Virus record (IMG/VR): IMGVR_UViG_3300020410_000055
Coordinates: 1 to 25,295 of that record
Length of the DNA stretch: 25,295 nt
Strand: one strand, 5' to 3'
Source: a virus
Taxonomy: Duplodnaviria; Caudoviricetes
Program-made: the position numbers and the translations under genes
Notes under the pieces: generated by a model
The model's input: only the letters and a program-made list of their open reading frames with translations
What the model was told of the DNA's origin: nothing
Database searches by the model: none
Part shown: positions 8,210 through 17,486 of the stretch, piece by piece
Layout: each line of letters starts with the position of its first letter
How positions within the stretch are numbered: position 1 is the stretch's first letter

Positions 8210-10153
8210 CTATGAAATTACACAGGCACTCCATCCACAAGACTTACAAGTCTCACACCCGTCAGCAAAAACCACATTTGGGATTTCACAACATGTATGT
8301 TCAGGTGTGTTTGAACTATCCTTTATTGCAGCTTCTTCTAATTCAAAGCCATCTAATGCGGGTTGTTCAGCTTTCTCTTTATTTCCCTTAACCAAGACTT
8401 CTTTGAATCGACTACCAGCTCTATATACTGTGATACCTTTACAACCTTCTTTCCATGCAAGTAGGTAAGCATCCTCTACGTCTTGCTTAGTAGCACTGTT
8501 TGCAAAATTAATTGTTTTGGATATACCCGAATCACATGATTTTTGAAAGGCAGATTGCATTAGTACGTGATCTTCTGGTGATATGTCTGGAGCTGTAGTA
8601 TACACAGCTTTGATCCAATCTGGAACGTCTGGCACAGTTTCAAGTGAACCCCCTTCTGCCAAATAATCCATTAAATCTTCAGAGTAGTACCCATACTTTA
8701 CGGCATCTGCTTCAAAATATTTGTTCACATAATTCAAAGTTTTTCCATCTAAAATGTTTTGTTTCTTCCAAGCCAATGCAAAAGTCGGTTCTATTCCGCT
8801 AGATGTATCAGCTATCATTGATATTGTACCTGTTGGAGCAACTGTTAGTCTACAGTGGTTCCTAAAGGCTTCTGTGTCTTTATTGTAGTTACTATTGTCC
8901 CATGCTGGGAAAGTTCCTCTAACCTTAGCCAACTCCTTAGATTCATCATCTGCCCACTCTCGAACCTTAGACATTATCTCTGCTCCTAGTTCTCTAGCAG
9001 TTTCTGAGTTATAAGGGATATGCATCTGTATTAATAGATCAGCAAAACCCATAATACCTAACCCAATTTTTCTAGTTGATTTTGTCATTTCTTCAATTTC
9101 AGGTGTAGCATAGTGATTTGCGTCAATCACATTATCTAAAAAGTGAACAGAAGTTCTTGTCACCTTTTCTAGGTGTGCCCAATCAACCTTATCATTCCAA
9201 CCAAAAGCACTGGCTTTATCAGCTTTTATGTAAAAGCGTGCCAGATTTATAGAGCCTAAATTACAACTTTCATTACCTAGAAGAGGTTGTTCTCCACAAG
9301 GGTTAGTTGCAACCATTTCTCCGTATTCTTCTGAAACATGATTGTCTTTATTTACTTGATCTAGAAAAATCATTCCGGGCTCCCCATTATTCCAAGCCCC
9401 ATCAACTATCTTAGAAAATACTTCTCTAGCATTTAATGATCCTTCTACTTGATTATTTTTTGGATTGATTAAATTATAATCCATGTTACCTTCTACGGCT
9501 TTCATGAAATTAGAATCAACCCCAACTGAAATATTAAAGTTGTGAATCTCTCCCTCAACTTTTTTACATTCGATAAATTCTAATATATCTGGATGATAAA
9601 TAGACATAACTGCCATATTAGCCCCGTCTCTTTTACCACCTTGGGTAATCATAGAAGAGACTCTAGAAAGAGTCTTAAGGACCTCTATAGGTCCACAAGC
9701 GATACCATGTGTAGATCTGATAGAATCACCTCTAGGTCTTAAAGATGATAAAGCAAATCCTGTACCACCCCCAAACTTCTGAACCATAGCTGTGTCATGA
9801 GCGGCTTTCATAATACCTTCCATAGAATCCTCAAGAGGTAAAACAAAACAAGCAGATAAAGTACCCTGCTCAGTACCAGCATTCATAAGGGTTGGTGAGT
9901 TTGGAACAAACTCTAAACTTGACATAATGTCATAAAAAGATTGTGCGGTAAGATCTACCTCTACAGGTAGTTTCATATAGTCGGAGTCAACAGCTGCAAC
10001 TGCATCAGCAACTCTTCGGAACATTTCTTCAGGAGCTTCAATTACTTGATTATCATCATCCTTTAATAAATACCTATGTTCTAAAATAACTTTAGCTTGT
10101 TCAGTAATTGATGAGTTGTTTAAATTTAAAAGTTTTTGTTCCACTGTTGTCAT
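8210..10153 (-). CDS. nrdJ: Class II (adenosylcobalamin-dependent) ribonucleotide reductase
   Basis: PNSPTLMNAG, LSACFV, GGKRDGANM, TNPCGEQPL, VAPTGTIS, C-terminal Cys cluster (CKSCGWSAC); no beta subunit nearby. Start moved to 10153 (GAGGAG SD, avoids TerL overlap). Confidence 0.92.
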   Translation of the reverse strand: MTTVEQKLLNLNNSSITEQAKVILEHRYLLKDDDNQVIEAPEEMFRRVADAVAAVDSDYMKLPVEVDLTAQSFYDIMSSLEFVPNSPTLMNAGTEQGTLSACFVLPLEDSMEGIMKAAHDTAMVQKFGGGTGFALSSLRPRGDSIRSTHGIACGPIEVLKTLSRVSSMITQGGKRDGANMAVMSIYHPDILEFIECKKVEGEIHNFNISVGVDSNFMKAVEGNMDYNLINPKNNQVEGSLNAREVFSKIVDGAWNNGEPGMIFLDQVNKDNHVSEEYGEMVATNPCGEQPLLGNESCNLGSINLARFYIKADKASAFGWNDKVDWAHLEKVTRTSVHFLDNVIDANHYATPEIEEMTKSTRKIGLGIMGFADLLIQMHIPYNSETARELGAEIMSKVREWADDESKELAKVRGTFPAWDNSNYNKDTEAFRNHCRLTVAPTGTISMIADTSSGIEPTFALAWKKQNILDGKTLNYVNKYFEADAVKYGYYSEDLMDYLAEGGSLETVPDVPDWIKAVYTTAPDISPEDHVLMQSAFQKSCDSGISKTINFANSATKQDVEDAYLLAWKEGCKGITVYRAGSRFKEVLVKGNKEKAEQPALDGFELEEAAIKDSSNTPEHTCCEIPNVVFADGCETCKSCGWSACVIS

Positions 10154-10167
10154 AATGTTCTCCTCTA

Positions 10168-11841
10168 TTATTTTCGATATCCACAATAAATACATAAACC
10201 TCTCTCTGGAACCCAGAAAGAGGGTGTGCAAACTGCCTCTTTGCACTGAGGATTAGGAGCAGATTCGGCTCTCTGAAGTTCATTAACAGGTTCCATTTGT
10301 AGAGGATTCGATGCTTTTTTGTCGTCGCCTTCTTTTATCAAGCCACTTAACTCGTCCTGTTGTTGTCGCCTACTCTCTGGAGTCTCCCCCGGATTTATTG
10401 CGTTCAACCAGTCTGTGGCACTTCCTAAATCTACAAATTTATATGCTGTATCATGAACCGCTTGTAAAGCCATAGCAATAGAGAAAAAGGCATCCCCATG
10501 ACCCATTGGGGTATCAGGTGCTTTTAAGTCGTTGCTTACAGACAAGATCTGATGTGTCTGCCGTTCATCCTTTATTAGTTTTAATATACCCGAATGAACA
10601 AATTTTTCAAAGACTTGTGCCATAGTATTTTTACTTTTTCTTGTGAAATTCATAGCTCTCCATCTAGCGTCTAACCCACGGTCTTCTAGTTCCCCCCTTG
10701 TGTTATCTATATACCCAGAAGTCATATCAAAATTGTCTGCCACTTCATTCAAATATTCTATTTGATCAGAGTAACTCCAACCATCTAAAAAGGAATGATG
10801 GACTTGTTCAATATGTTCTCCCCTCTTTCTAAATAATACTAAGTGAGATGGGTGTCTTTTTTTCCCTACATCAAAGCCACCAAAAATTTGATCTCCTGTT
10901 TCCCAGTCAGTAAACTTTTTTGTTGCTGGGGAAGACCTTAAAGTTTCGTCTTGACATTTTTCAATGTCTTCGCCTTCAAAGTAAGATTCCGTAGCAAAAT
11001 GAGGAATCAACATAAACTCTGAAGCAAAAGATTTAGGTCTAGCTTTTTGTTGTGCTAGCAAATACTTCTCACTCATTATTTCTGGAGCCAACACTCTTCT
11101 TCCCGGCACTGGGTCTAGTGCAGGTAATACTCTAGCTTTGAATCGTTCATCACTTTGTAACTTAGCCAGTATATCATTTGGCATCATAGGAGTACCTACC
11201 ACAATAACAGGGGCTTCTTTCAATGGTATGAACATTGATTCTGTCATAAAGTGGTCTTCTACTTTAGTTATTTGCCCCATGTTCAAAGGGTTTTCTGGAT
11301 CTCTCAAAACGTCATCAGCTATCAAAGCACCATTTACGTGCATGCCTCGTTTGAAAGAAAACAAACCACCATGCATTATTTCCATAGGTTGATTGTTCTT
11401 ATAAAATCTAGCCGAGTAATCAGCTTTAGGGTTTCTGTTGAGAAGGAGTTCTGGAATAATAGGATTCCTTGTAATGATTTTGTTTATCTCTGCAATGTGA
11501 TATTTAGCCATACCATCACTATAAGATAAATAAAGTATAGCCATATCTCTAGGTGCTTTTAATAATCTCCACACACTAAAGGCATGTCCTAAAATAGTTG
11601 ACTTAAAGTGTCCTCTGGGAAGAACTCCTACATAATTTAGTCCTGTTTCTAAACATTCTTCAATATCTTCTGCTAGTAGACTAACATGCCAAGCTTTAAA
11701 GTATTCGGGGTTATCATATGAAAGAGCCCATATATTTTCAATAAACTCTCTAAAGCTTCCTACTTCATACCGTTTCTGTTCTGAAAGTTGGTCTGAAAGC
11801 ATATTAAAAGCATTATTAACACTAATAATATCTTTAGCCAT
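10168..11841 (-). CDS. terL: Terminase large subunit
   Basis: Walker A PRGHFKST, Walker B LIADD, motif III VGTP, nuclease GFDVG and C-terminal HGDAFFS. Confidence 0.92.
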   Translation of the reverse strand: MAKDIISVNNAFNMLSDQLSEQKRYEVGSFREFIENIWALSYDNPEYFKAWHVSLLAEDIEECLETGLNYVGVLPRGHFKSTILGHAFSVWRLLKAPRDMAILYLSYSDGMAKYHIAEINKIITRNPIIPELLLNRNPKADYSARFYKNNQPMEIMHGGLFSFKRGMHVNGALIADDVLRDPENPLNMGQITKVEDHFMTESMFIPLKEAPVIVVGTPMMPNDILAKLQSDERFKARVLPALDPVPGRRVLAPEIMSEKYLLAQQKARPKSFASEFMLIPHFATESYFEGEDIEKCQDETLRSSPATKKFTDWETGDQIFGGFDVGKKRHPSHLVLFRKRGEHIEQVHHSFLDGWSYSDQIEYLNEVADNFDMTSGYIDNTRGELEDRGLDARWRAMNFTRKSKNTMAQVFEKFVHSGILKLIKDERQTHQILSVSNDLKAPDTPMGHGDAFFSIAMALQAVHDTAYKFVDLGSATDWLNAINPGETPESRRQQQDELSGLIKEGDDKKASNPLQMEPVNELQRAESAPNPQCKEAVCTPSFWVPERGLCIYCGYRK

Positions 11842-11842
11842 A

Positions 11843-12343
11843 TTATATGTCCTCTTGTTGTTGTACTAGTGTTTTAAGTTTCACCGCTATTTTCTGTAGC
11901 TGATCTGAATCACTAATTTCCTCAACAAGAACACTCATGATATCTTGTACAAATTGAAGGTTAATCATACCTTGCAACACTTCTCTCTGTCCTTTTATAC
12001 CTATATCAGCAGCTCTAGTGGCATCTAACGCTCTATCAAAATGAAGAGCATTTAGTTCATTCATTGCTTTGTTTGCCATAACTGTGTAACCATCTAATTG
12101 TTCAGACTGTAGTCTGGAAAATCGTTGTCCTTCAGTTTCAGCAAGTTCTTGTTGTTTGTCTGCCACAGCCACGGCTTTCTGATCCCCCCAGCCATCTTTC
12201 TTTGCCCACGCATATATAGTAGGAGGGCTAACTGGGTGCTCTGGAGTAGAAATTTCTTCAGCTATCTGCTTGGCTGTTTTATCGCCCCGTAAAAAAAGCT
12301 CCATTGCTTTTAATTTTATTTCTTGTGGTATGTATTTAGGCAT
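11843..12343 (-). CDS. terS: Terminase small subunit (HTH)
   Basis: N-terminal HTH (TAKQIAEEI...VSPPTIYAWAKKDGW), helical body, directly upstream of TerL. Confidence 0.75.
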   Translation of the reverse strand: MPKYIPQEIKLKAMELFLRGDKTAKQIAEEISTPEHPVSPPTIYAWAKKDGWGDQKAVAVADKQQELAETEGQRFSRLQSEQLDGYTVMANKAMNELNALHFDRALDATRAADIGIKGQREVLQGMINLQFVQDIMSVLVEEISDSDQLQKIAVKLKTLVQQQEDI

Positions 12344-12345
12344 AA

Positions 12346-12849
12346 TTAATCATATATACTGTTGCTATCTAGTGCTCCGTATCCGTCATCAGAAACATGT
12401 TGTGAGTCAATGTTACCACCTAGCGGACTTCCATCTGAGTTTAGGAATTGAGAAAAGTCCCAATATCCAGTCTTGTCTGTATGTGCTGTATAACAGCTAG
12501 GAACTTTTAATTTAGCCCCATGAGGCATCTTCATTTCTGTATACTGCATTCCTATCTCACCTCTAGTGCATATCCCAGCCCAGATGTGCTCTTGTTCGAC
12601 AATTGGAGTATACCCTACTCTTTTTAGTAGGCTTCCTGTAGTTGTTTGTAAGTTTTTTACTTCTTGGTTACTTCCACATTTAGCAAACTTACACCACACA
12701 ACTGTGCCATATTTCTTTTTTACATCTTCAAGTGTAGGTAAATCTTTGGGAAACTTATCCTTATACTCTCTTTTAGGTCCTTCCGTTTTACCCGGAAAGA
12801 ACATTTGAAACCCTCTAACTACCTTGGTTAATCCACCTGCTAAACTCAT
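12346..12849 (-). CDS. Hypothetical protein with four Cys (possible metal site)
   Basis: Likely start 12849 (AAGGAG SD, right after the RuvC stop); WCKFAKC...GICT...PSCY. Confidence 0.65.
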   Translation of the reverse strand: MSLAGGLTKVVRGFQMFFPGKTEGPKREYKDKFPKDLPTLEDVKKKYGTVVWCKFAKCGSNQEVKNLQTTTGSLLKRVGYTPIVEQEHIWAGICTRGEIGMQYTEMKMPHGAKLKVPSCYTAHTDKTGYWDFSQFLNSDGSPLGGNIDSQHVSDDGYGALDSNSIYD

Positions 12850-12850
12850 A

Positions 12851-13306
12851 CTAGCTTCTCCTTTTATTCCATAATGCGATACATACTGCATCAGCATAGT
12901 CTTGTTCGGGGAATTTGTCACCCCACTTTTCTATAGCAAACGCCATAATATCTTCTTTCTTTGCTTGACCATTACCTAAACAGATCTTCTTCCAAGTTGC
13001 TTGATGCACAAATTCAGTTTGCATATCAACCGTTGCCAACAATGCCCATACAGCTCCCACAACTCTTGCAGTTATAGTGTATGCTCTACTGTTTCTAACT
13101 GGTATAGCATTCTCTAAAGAAGCTTCATACTCTTTTAGAGTGTTCACATCTTTATAGAAATTATTAATTAGTTCGGGAAATCTTTCCTCAAACGATACTT
13201 TTCTATTACAGTCCCACTTATGGAGTGCTACTAATCTTTCCTTTTCATCAATAACAGCTGCATGTATAGCAAAACTTGATGTGTCAAACCCTATGTAATG
13301 CGTCAT
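12851..13306 (-). CDS. ruvC: RuvC-like Holliday junction resolvase
   Basis: IGFD, SLEN, WKK..LGNGQAKKED, QDYADAVCIA. Confidence 0.88.
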   Translation of the reverse strand: MTHYIGFDTSSFAIHAAVIDEKERLVALHKWDCNRKVSFEERFPELINNFYKDVNTLKEYEASLENAIPVRNSRAYTITARVVGAVWALLATVDMQTEFVHQATWKKICLGNGQAKKEDIMAFAIEKWGDKFPEQDYADAVCIALWNKRRS

Positions 13307-13334
13307 AATTCATTATACTCAAAAATTAATTATA

Positions 13335-13844
13335 TTATAATTTATCTGCCCCCTTTGTTCGTAAAGTTACAACTCTACTTACAGCGTTATAAGCTGACGT
13401 ATAGGTATTTAATAATCCCTGTAATCTTTTTAATTCAATTTCTTGTTCGATAATTTCTCTTTTAAGATCCCGTAGAGCATCGTACTTAGACATAATTTCA
13501 CCCCTAAGCTCATCTCTAGTAGGTTTTTTCTTTTCAGCCTCTTCATATTCTTTAGTTGTTCTAAACAGTGCTGTACTATACCCTTCATTAAAAGCAGCAT
13601 CTAGAGCACCATACGATGCTTCAACATCAGCTACTTTAGTTTCTAATGATGCTTTATACCCACCATATATAACCAAGAGACTGGTTATTTGTTCATCATT
13701 ATATGTAGCTAAGTCCCCAAAATTTAGATTTTCATTTTGTAGTAGTTTGGGATCAAATATAGGAATCCCTAAAGATTCAACTTTTTTATTAGCCGATCCC
13801 AATGCTTTCATTGGAGTCCACTTAGTTTCTCTTTGTTGCATCAT
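13335..13844 (-). CDS. Helical protein, possibly UvsY-like recombination mediator
   Basis: Long amphipathic helices, KKPTRDELRGEI and SRVVTLR end; sits in the RecA cluster. Confidence 0.45.
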   Translation of the reverse strand: MMQQRETKWTPMKALGSANKKVESLGIPIFDPKLLQNENLNFGDLATYNDEQITSLLVIYGGYKASLETKVADVEASYGALDAAFNEGYSTALFRTTKEYEEAEKKKPTRDELRGEIMSKYDALRDLKREIIEQEIELKRLQGLLNTYTSAYNAVSRVVTLRTKGADKL

Positions 13845-14524
13845 ACCCCCTTACATTTACACCACATATTACCTGTACACTTCTCAGGCATTGCTAACAT
13901 ATCTTGAATAGCAAACATTCGTTTGAGCAGTTTGTCCCAAAGTACTTCGTCTCGATCTAATAGAAAGGTTTTTATATTTTGGTCGTCTTTACACTCATAC
14001 AAAACTGTTCCCTTGTCATAACCACCCATATTTAAATACATCTGTAATTGCACCGTATGTTCTGGTTTTGGTTTACGTAATGCTTGAAATCCTTTTTTAT
14101 TAATCGATTTTAATTCTACGGGAAGTGCTCCGTATTTATAATGCTTAATTAAAAAGTCCATTCTTCCTGAGATAGGAGGAATAATTTGCTTTAGTGAAAT
14201 CTCTCTATCAATTAGAATGTTTAGTTCGGTAAACCATTTATCTACTCGTTCCTCTAAAAAGTTACCATTTTGAAATATTCTGATAACCCTAGCTTCTAAA
14301 AATTCTTCGGGTAATCTCCCGTTATAATAAAGCCAGAGATATCTGTCGCAAGTGTTACCCAACGCTGAAGGATGAAAAACACCCCCGTCTTTAGGGGGTA
14401 CAAGCTCTTCTAAGTGTTCGTCTATTATGCTGCTCAACCAAGCGTCTTCTAACGCCATAGGTTCAGTATTTTTCTTGCGTGCCTTTCTCTTTTTTACGGG
14501 CTTAATTTGATTAATTCCTGCCAT
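13841..14524 (-). CDS. Cas4-like PD-(D/E)XK exonuclease
   Basis: HPSALG.CDR, GRMD, ELKS, QLQMY, C-terminal C-x5-C-x-C. Confidence 0.85.
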   Translation of the reverse strand: MAGINQIKPVKKRKARKKNTEPMALEDAWLSSIIDEHLEELVPPKDGGVFHPSALGNTCDRYLWLYYNGRLPEEFLEARVIRIFQNGNFLEERVDKWFTELNILIDREISLKQIIPPISGRMDFLIKHYKYGALPVELKSINKKGFQALRKPKPEHTVQLQMYLNMGGYDKGTVLYECKDDQNIKTFLLDRDEVLWDKLLKRMFAIQDMLAMPEKCTGNMWCKCKGV

Positions 14525-14799
14525 AGTGTCTCCCTTATGTTCTCCAAAGTAGTTCCTTTTATATGGACTACATGTTCTATTTCATCTAATTCTAGCAGAT
14601 CAGAGTCTCTTTTTCTATCTCTCTTACCTAAATGCCCGTATACCCCATCTGCTTCAACAACCATTTGTATTTCTTCTATATAGAAGTCTGCGATATATGG
14701 ATGAAAATAAGCTTGTTGTTCATACCTCAGCCCAAACTCATCTAGACAGCGAGCAATTATAAGTTCTTGCTCGGTAAAATCTCTAGGTGGTAAGTTCAT
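14494..14799 (-). CDS. DUF559/Vsr-like endonuclease
   Basis: TEQE, YIADF, VEADGVYGH, DRKRD; likely start 14799 (track gives 14814). Confidence 0.85.
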   Translation of the reverse strand: MNLPPRDFTEQELIIARCLDEFGLRYEQQAYFHPYIADFYIEEIQMVVEADGVYGHLGKRDRKRDSDLLELDEIEHVVHIKGTTLENIRETLWQELIKLSP

Positions 14800-15724
14800 T
14801 TTGAAGTTTATCAAACAGTTTACTATCTTCTACAAACTTTTCTTTGATACCATTTAGTCCCATGGCTTTAATGTCACCATAAGTGTACCACGCTCCTGCT
14901 TTAGATATTAGTCCTTGATCTATTCCATCTCTAATATAACTCTCTAACACATCTATCCCACCCTCAACTCTAAAAGGTACAACAGCAGAATCCCAATTTT
15001 CTCCACCTGTCTTGGTCTTTCGTAATCTAATATTCATATCAAACCCTACCTTTTGGTCTCCTTCTGTTATCCAACCTTTACGCTGTACTTGCATAATAGA
15101 GTGAGCAAAGAACACTTGTCCCTGCCCTGCCGGCATATTGTCTAATGCTACGGGTCCCATGCTAGCACGTACTTGATTGATTGCTACAAAGGCTGATCCG
15201 TTTTGTAGGTGTGGGAAAAGTTTTGGGAAAGAGCTGTTAACAAACCGTGCTTGCCACGCCATAGGACTGAATCCAAAGTCTTCTGCAGACACATTTGCTG
15301 GCACTAAACCTGCAATACTATCTAACACAATAACTTTCACTCCTTCAATCATAGCTTCTCTAACATGCTCCATGGCTTCTTCACCTGTAGTTGGTTGTGA
15401 AATTAAAATCTTTTTAGGATCTACTCCACAGGTAGCCATCCAATCCTTATCATAAGATAATTCAGTGTCTATCCAAATAGCCGACCCACCCATTTGTTGG
15501 GCATTTACTACTATTTGAGATGCTAAATAAGACTTTCCTACGTTAGTAGGACCATATATAAGTGTCATTTTCTTTAAAGGAATACCCCCACCAGTCAATT
15601 TGTCCAGTGCTGGAATATTAAAAGGAATCCTGTTTGTTACAAAATCCTCACTATCCCCTAATTGAAAATTTAAATTCTTTTTCTTCAGTAATTTTTGTAT
15701 GGCTTCTTCTGCTGTGTTATCCAT
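14783..15724 (-). CDS. recA: RecA/UvsX-like recombinase
   Basis: LD.LTGGGIP, Walker A GPTNVGKS, IDTE, LDSIAGLVP, QAR, INQVR, KAGAWY. Confidence 0.92.
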   Translation of the reverse strand: MDNTAEEAIQKLLKKKNLNFQLGDSEDFVTNRIPFNIPALDKLTGGGIPLKKMTLIYGPTNVGKSYLASQIVVNAQQMGGSAIWIDTELSYDKDWMATCGVDPKKILISQPTTGEEAMEHVREAMIEGVKVIVLDSIAGLVPANVSAEDFGFSPMAWQARFVNSSFPKLFPHLQNGSAFVAINQVRASMGPVALDNMPAGQGQVFFAHSIMQVQRKGWITEGDQKVGFDMNIRLRKTKTGGENWDSAVVPFRVEGGIDVLESYIRDGIDQGLISKAGAWYTYGDIKAMGLNGIKEKFVEDSKLFDKLQNELTT

Positions 15725-15971
15725 CGATTCTCCTCTTTACTGCTTCTGCCCACGCAAAGTAGGTAGCAGCTGTTTGAATTAGTTCTATAAATAATTTTGT
15801 GTCGTTTTGACCAAAGACTTCTTCTGCAATGTCTCCATTCTTCTCAGTGGTTAGAATATTCCACCAAGCATCATCATGATTTTGTTCCCCAAACAGTTTA
15901 TCTTGTCGTTCTCGTTCTCCTAGAATCGATTCTAATACTACGGCTCTAGAAGATATTTTATTCTTCTTCAT
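15717..15971 (-). CDS. Small MazG-like nucleotide pyrophosphohydrolase
   Basis: ERERQD.LFGEQNH...W..ILT...G...ELIQTAA pattern; the usual EE.GE acidic motif is degenerate. Confidence 0.55.
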   Translation of the reverse strand: MKKNKISSRAVVLESILGERERQDKLFGEQNHDDAWWNILTTEKNGDIAEEVFGQNDTKLFIELIQTAATYFAWAEAVKRRIDG

Positions 15972-16176
15972 TTAACATAGCCTCGATCTGTGTGTCTACC
16001 TTGCCTTTTATAAACGTCCAGATAATATCAGCTACTTTTTTAGACTCTTCTAATTGCGGTTCTATAGGTAACTCTGTATCGATTTGATCTACAGATAGAT
16101 CTACTCTTCCATATTGATTTTGTTCTAATGGACCTACTCTAAAAGTATATCCAATGTGTGCACTTACTTTTGCCAT
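15958..16176 (-). CDS. Hypothetical protein (72 aa)
   Basis: AAGGAG SD; beta-hairpin plus helix pattern. Confidence 0.75.
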   Translation of the reverse strand: MAKVSAHIGYTFRVGPLEQNQYGRVDLSVDQIDTELPIEPQLEESKKVADIIWTFIKGKVDTQIEAMLNEEE

Positions 16177-16192
16177 TGTCGTTTCTCCTTAT

Positions 16193-16236
16193 AATAAACC
16201 CCCTATCAATCTAATCAGGAGGAATAGGGGGTTATT
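16193..16236 (-). terminator. Stem-loop downstream of the AIPR gene (terminator or leader structure)
   Basis: Arms 16193-16206 and 16224-16236 (CCCCCTAT/ATAGGGGG core), 17-nt loop, followed by TTTATT on the minus strand. Confidence 0.45.
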
Positions 16237-16244
16237 GTATTATA

Positions 16245-16273
16245 AGTATAGCTTAGAAAGTAACTAAAGTCTA
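16245..16273 (-). promoter_or_regulatory. Sigma70-like promoter for the recombination operon
   Basis: TAGACT (16273-16268)-17 nt-TATACT (16250-16245). Confidence 0.5.
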
Positions 16274-16274
16274 G

Positions 16275-17486
16275 TTATTGTTTATTAAAATTAACTATCC
16301 TAGCACATTCCTGCCACAATCTCTTGTCTTTAGCCATTGTGTTAGGCTTGTTACCAAAGGACTCCCCTGCGTCTCTAAGATTAGCTAATAGGTCCGGTAA
16401 GGACTTGATTAGCACTTTCTTTACTTGAGTAAAAGACCTGTCCCACTTTAGTTCGTTTGGGTCTACTAAACTTCTAAACCCTGATAACACAGGCTTAACT
16501 AGCCCAGCTACAAGATTTGATTTAGATTCTTGACCTAAAATAGGGAAAAATACATTTTTTTTAGTATCAACCCAACCAACTGAGTTAGCTCCATTTTTAT
16601 GTGTCTTAGCATTTAGCTTAGGTATGGATACTTGAATAATTTCAGATAACTCCAATATCTCTGACAAGATAGGAAACATTTTTTCATAATGTTCTAGATT
16701 ATCAGCATACCTTTTTAACGCTGCAGTCTTTCCCGTGTAAGTTTGTGTTGGGTGTTTGGACTTACTTGCCTTATCCATGTCTAAAGGGTAACTAGCTACG
16801 TCAAGACATATTAGTTTAGAGACAACATCTCCTACTGGAATAAGTGCTTTTGAGTTCATTTCATATGCTATGTGGTCAGCATACGGATGAAAATCTGGGA
16901 ACAAGCTTAAATCTGCAAAATAATCCTTCATAGAATCAAAAACTCGTTTAGTGTTGTATATAGATGTATTATCTACATTGACTTGAACATTTTTAGCAAT
17001 AGCTACTTCTTCTCTAGTAGTCTGATCCATACCCTCAATAATTTGAACCACTACACTTTCGTTAGCAGCCGTGCCTGCATCTACGTTTCGAGTAATTAGT
17101 TCGTAGGTGTGTCCACCATTTATAATGCCCTCAGTGATCTCATCTATGTAAAGATGGTACAGCCCATCAGATACTTTAACCACTGATGATACTGCTAAAT
17201 CAATCCCCCCGTTTTTTAGATGAAACTTGCTAGGTACACCTTCTACGCCTTGAATGGTTCGTTCTAAGGTTTTATATTTAGCACTAGTCTTCGCTAAATC
17301 TAAGTCTCCGCCAAACTCGTTCGAGTATCCCAAATCGTCTCGTGATCTCACATTTGGTCCATCGGGAATTCCTTGAGGTAGCCCAGAAAAGGGCACAATT
17401 GCAAAATGAATGTTTTCAGACCCTTTTGCAGATGGTCTTATTCTCCTAATGTCATCTACCCGGAGCGGGTATTTTGTAATAGCCAT
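16275..17486 (-). CDS. AIPR-family (abortive infection phage resistance) protein
   Basis: PNVR, FHLKNGGI, GIINGGHTY, N.QV.V...S motifs typical of AIPR (ParB/Srx-like); AAGGAG SD. Confidence 0.8.
   Translation of the reverse strand: MAITKYPLRVDDIRRIRPSAKGSENIHFAIVPFSGLPQGIPDGPNVRSRDDLGYSNEFGGDLDLAKTSAKYKTLERTIQGVEGVPSKFHLKNGGIDLAVSSVVKVSDGLYHLYIDEITEGIINGGHTYELITRNVDAGTAANESVVVQIIEGMDQTTREEVAIAKNVQVNVDNTSIYNTKRVFDSMKDYFADLSLFPDFHPYADHIAYEMNSKALIPVGDVVSKLICLDVASYPLDMDKASKSKHPTQTYTGKTAALKRYADNLEHYEKMFPILSEILELSEIIQVSIPKLNAKTHKNGANSVGWVDTKKNVFFPILGQESKSNLVAGLVKPVLSGFRSLVDPNELKWDRSFTQVKKVLIKSLPDLLANLRDAGESFGNKPNTMAKDKRLWQECARIVNFNKQ

Noticed and set aside
10101-10283. 60-aa ORF, and the NrdJ extension to 10246
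   Set aside because: Both overlap the TerL end; the SD supports the start at 10153.
12850-12921. Track start at 12921 for the Cys-containing protein
   Set aside because: Overlaps RuvC by 71 nt; an SD-supported ATG exists at 12849.
13841-14524. CRISPR-Cas system suggested by the Cas4-like gene
   Set aside because: No array or other cas genes; solo Cas4-like nucleases are common in phage recombination modules.
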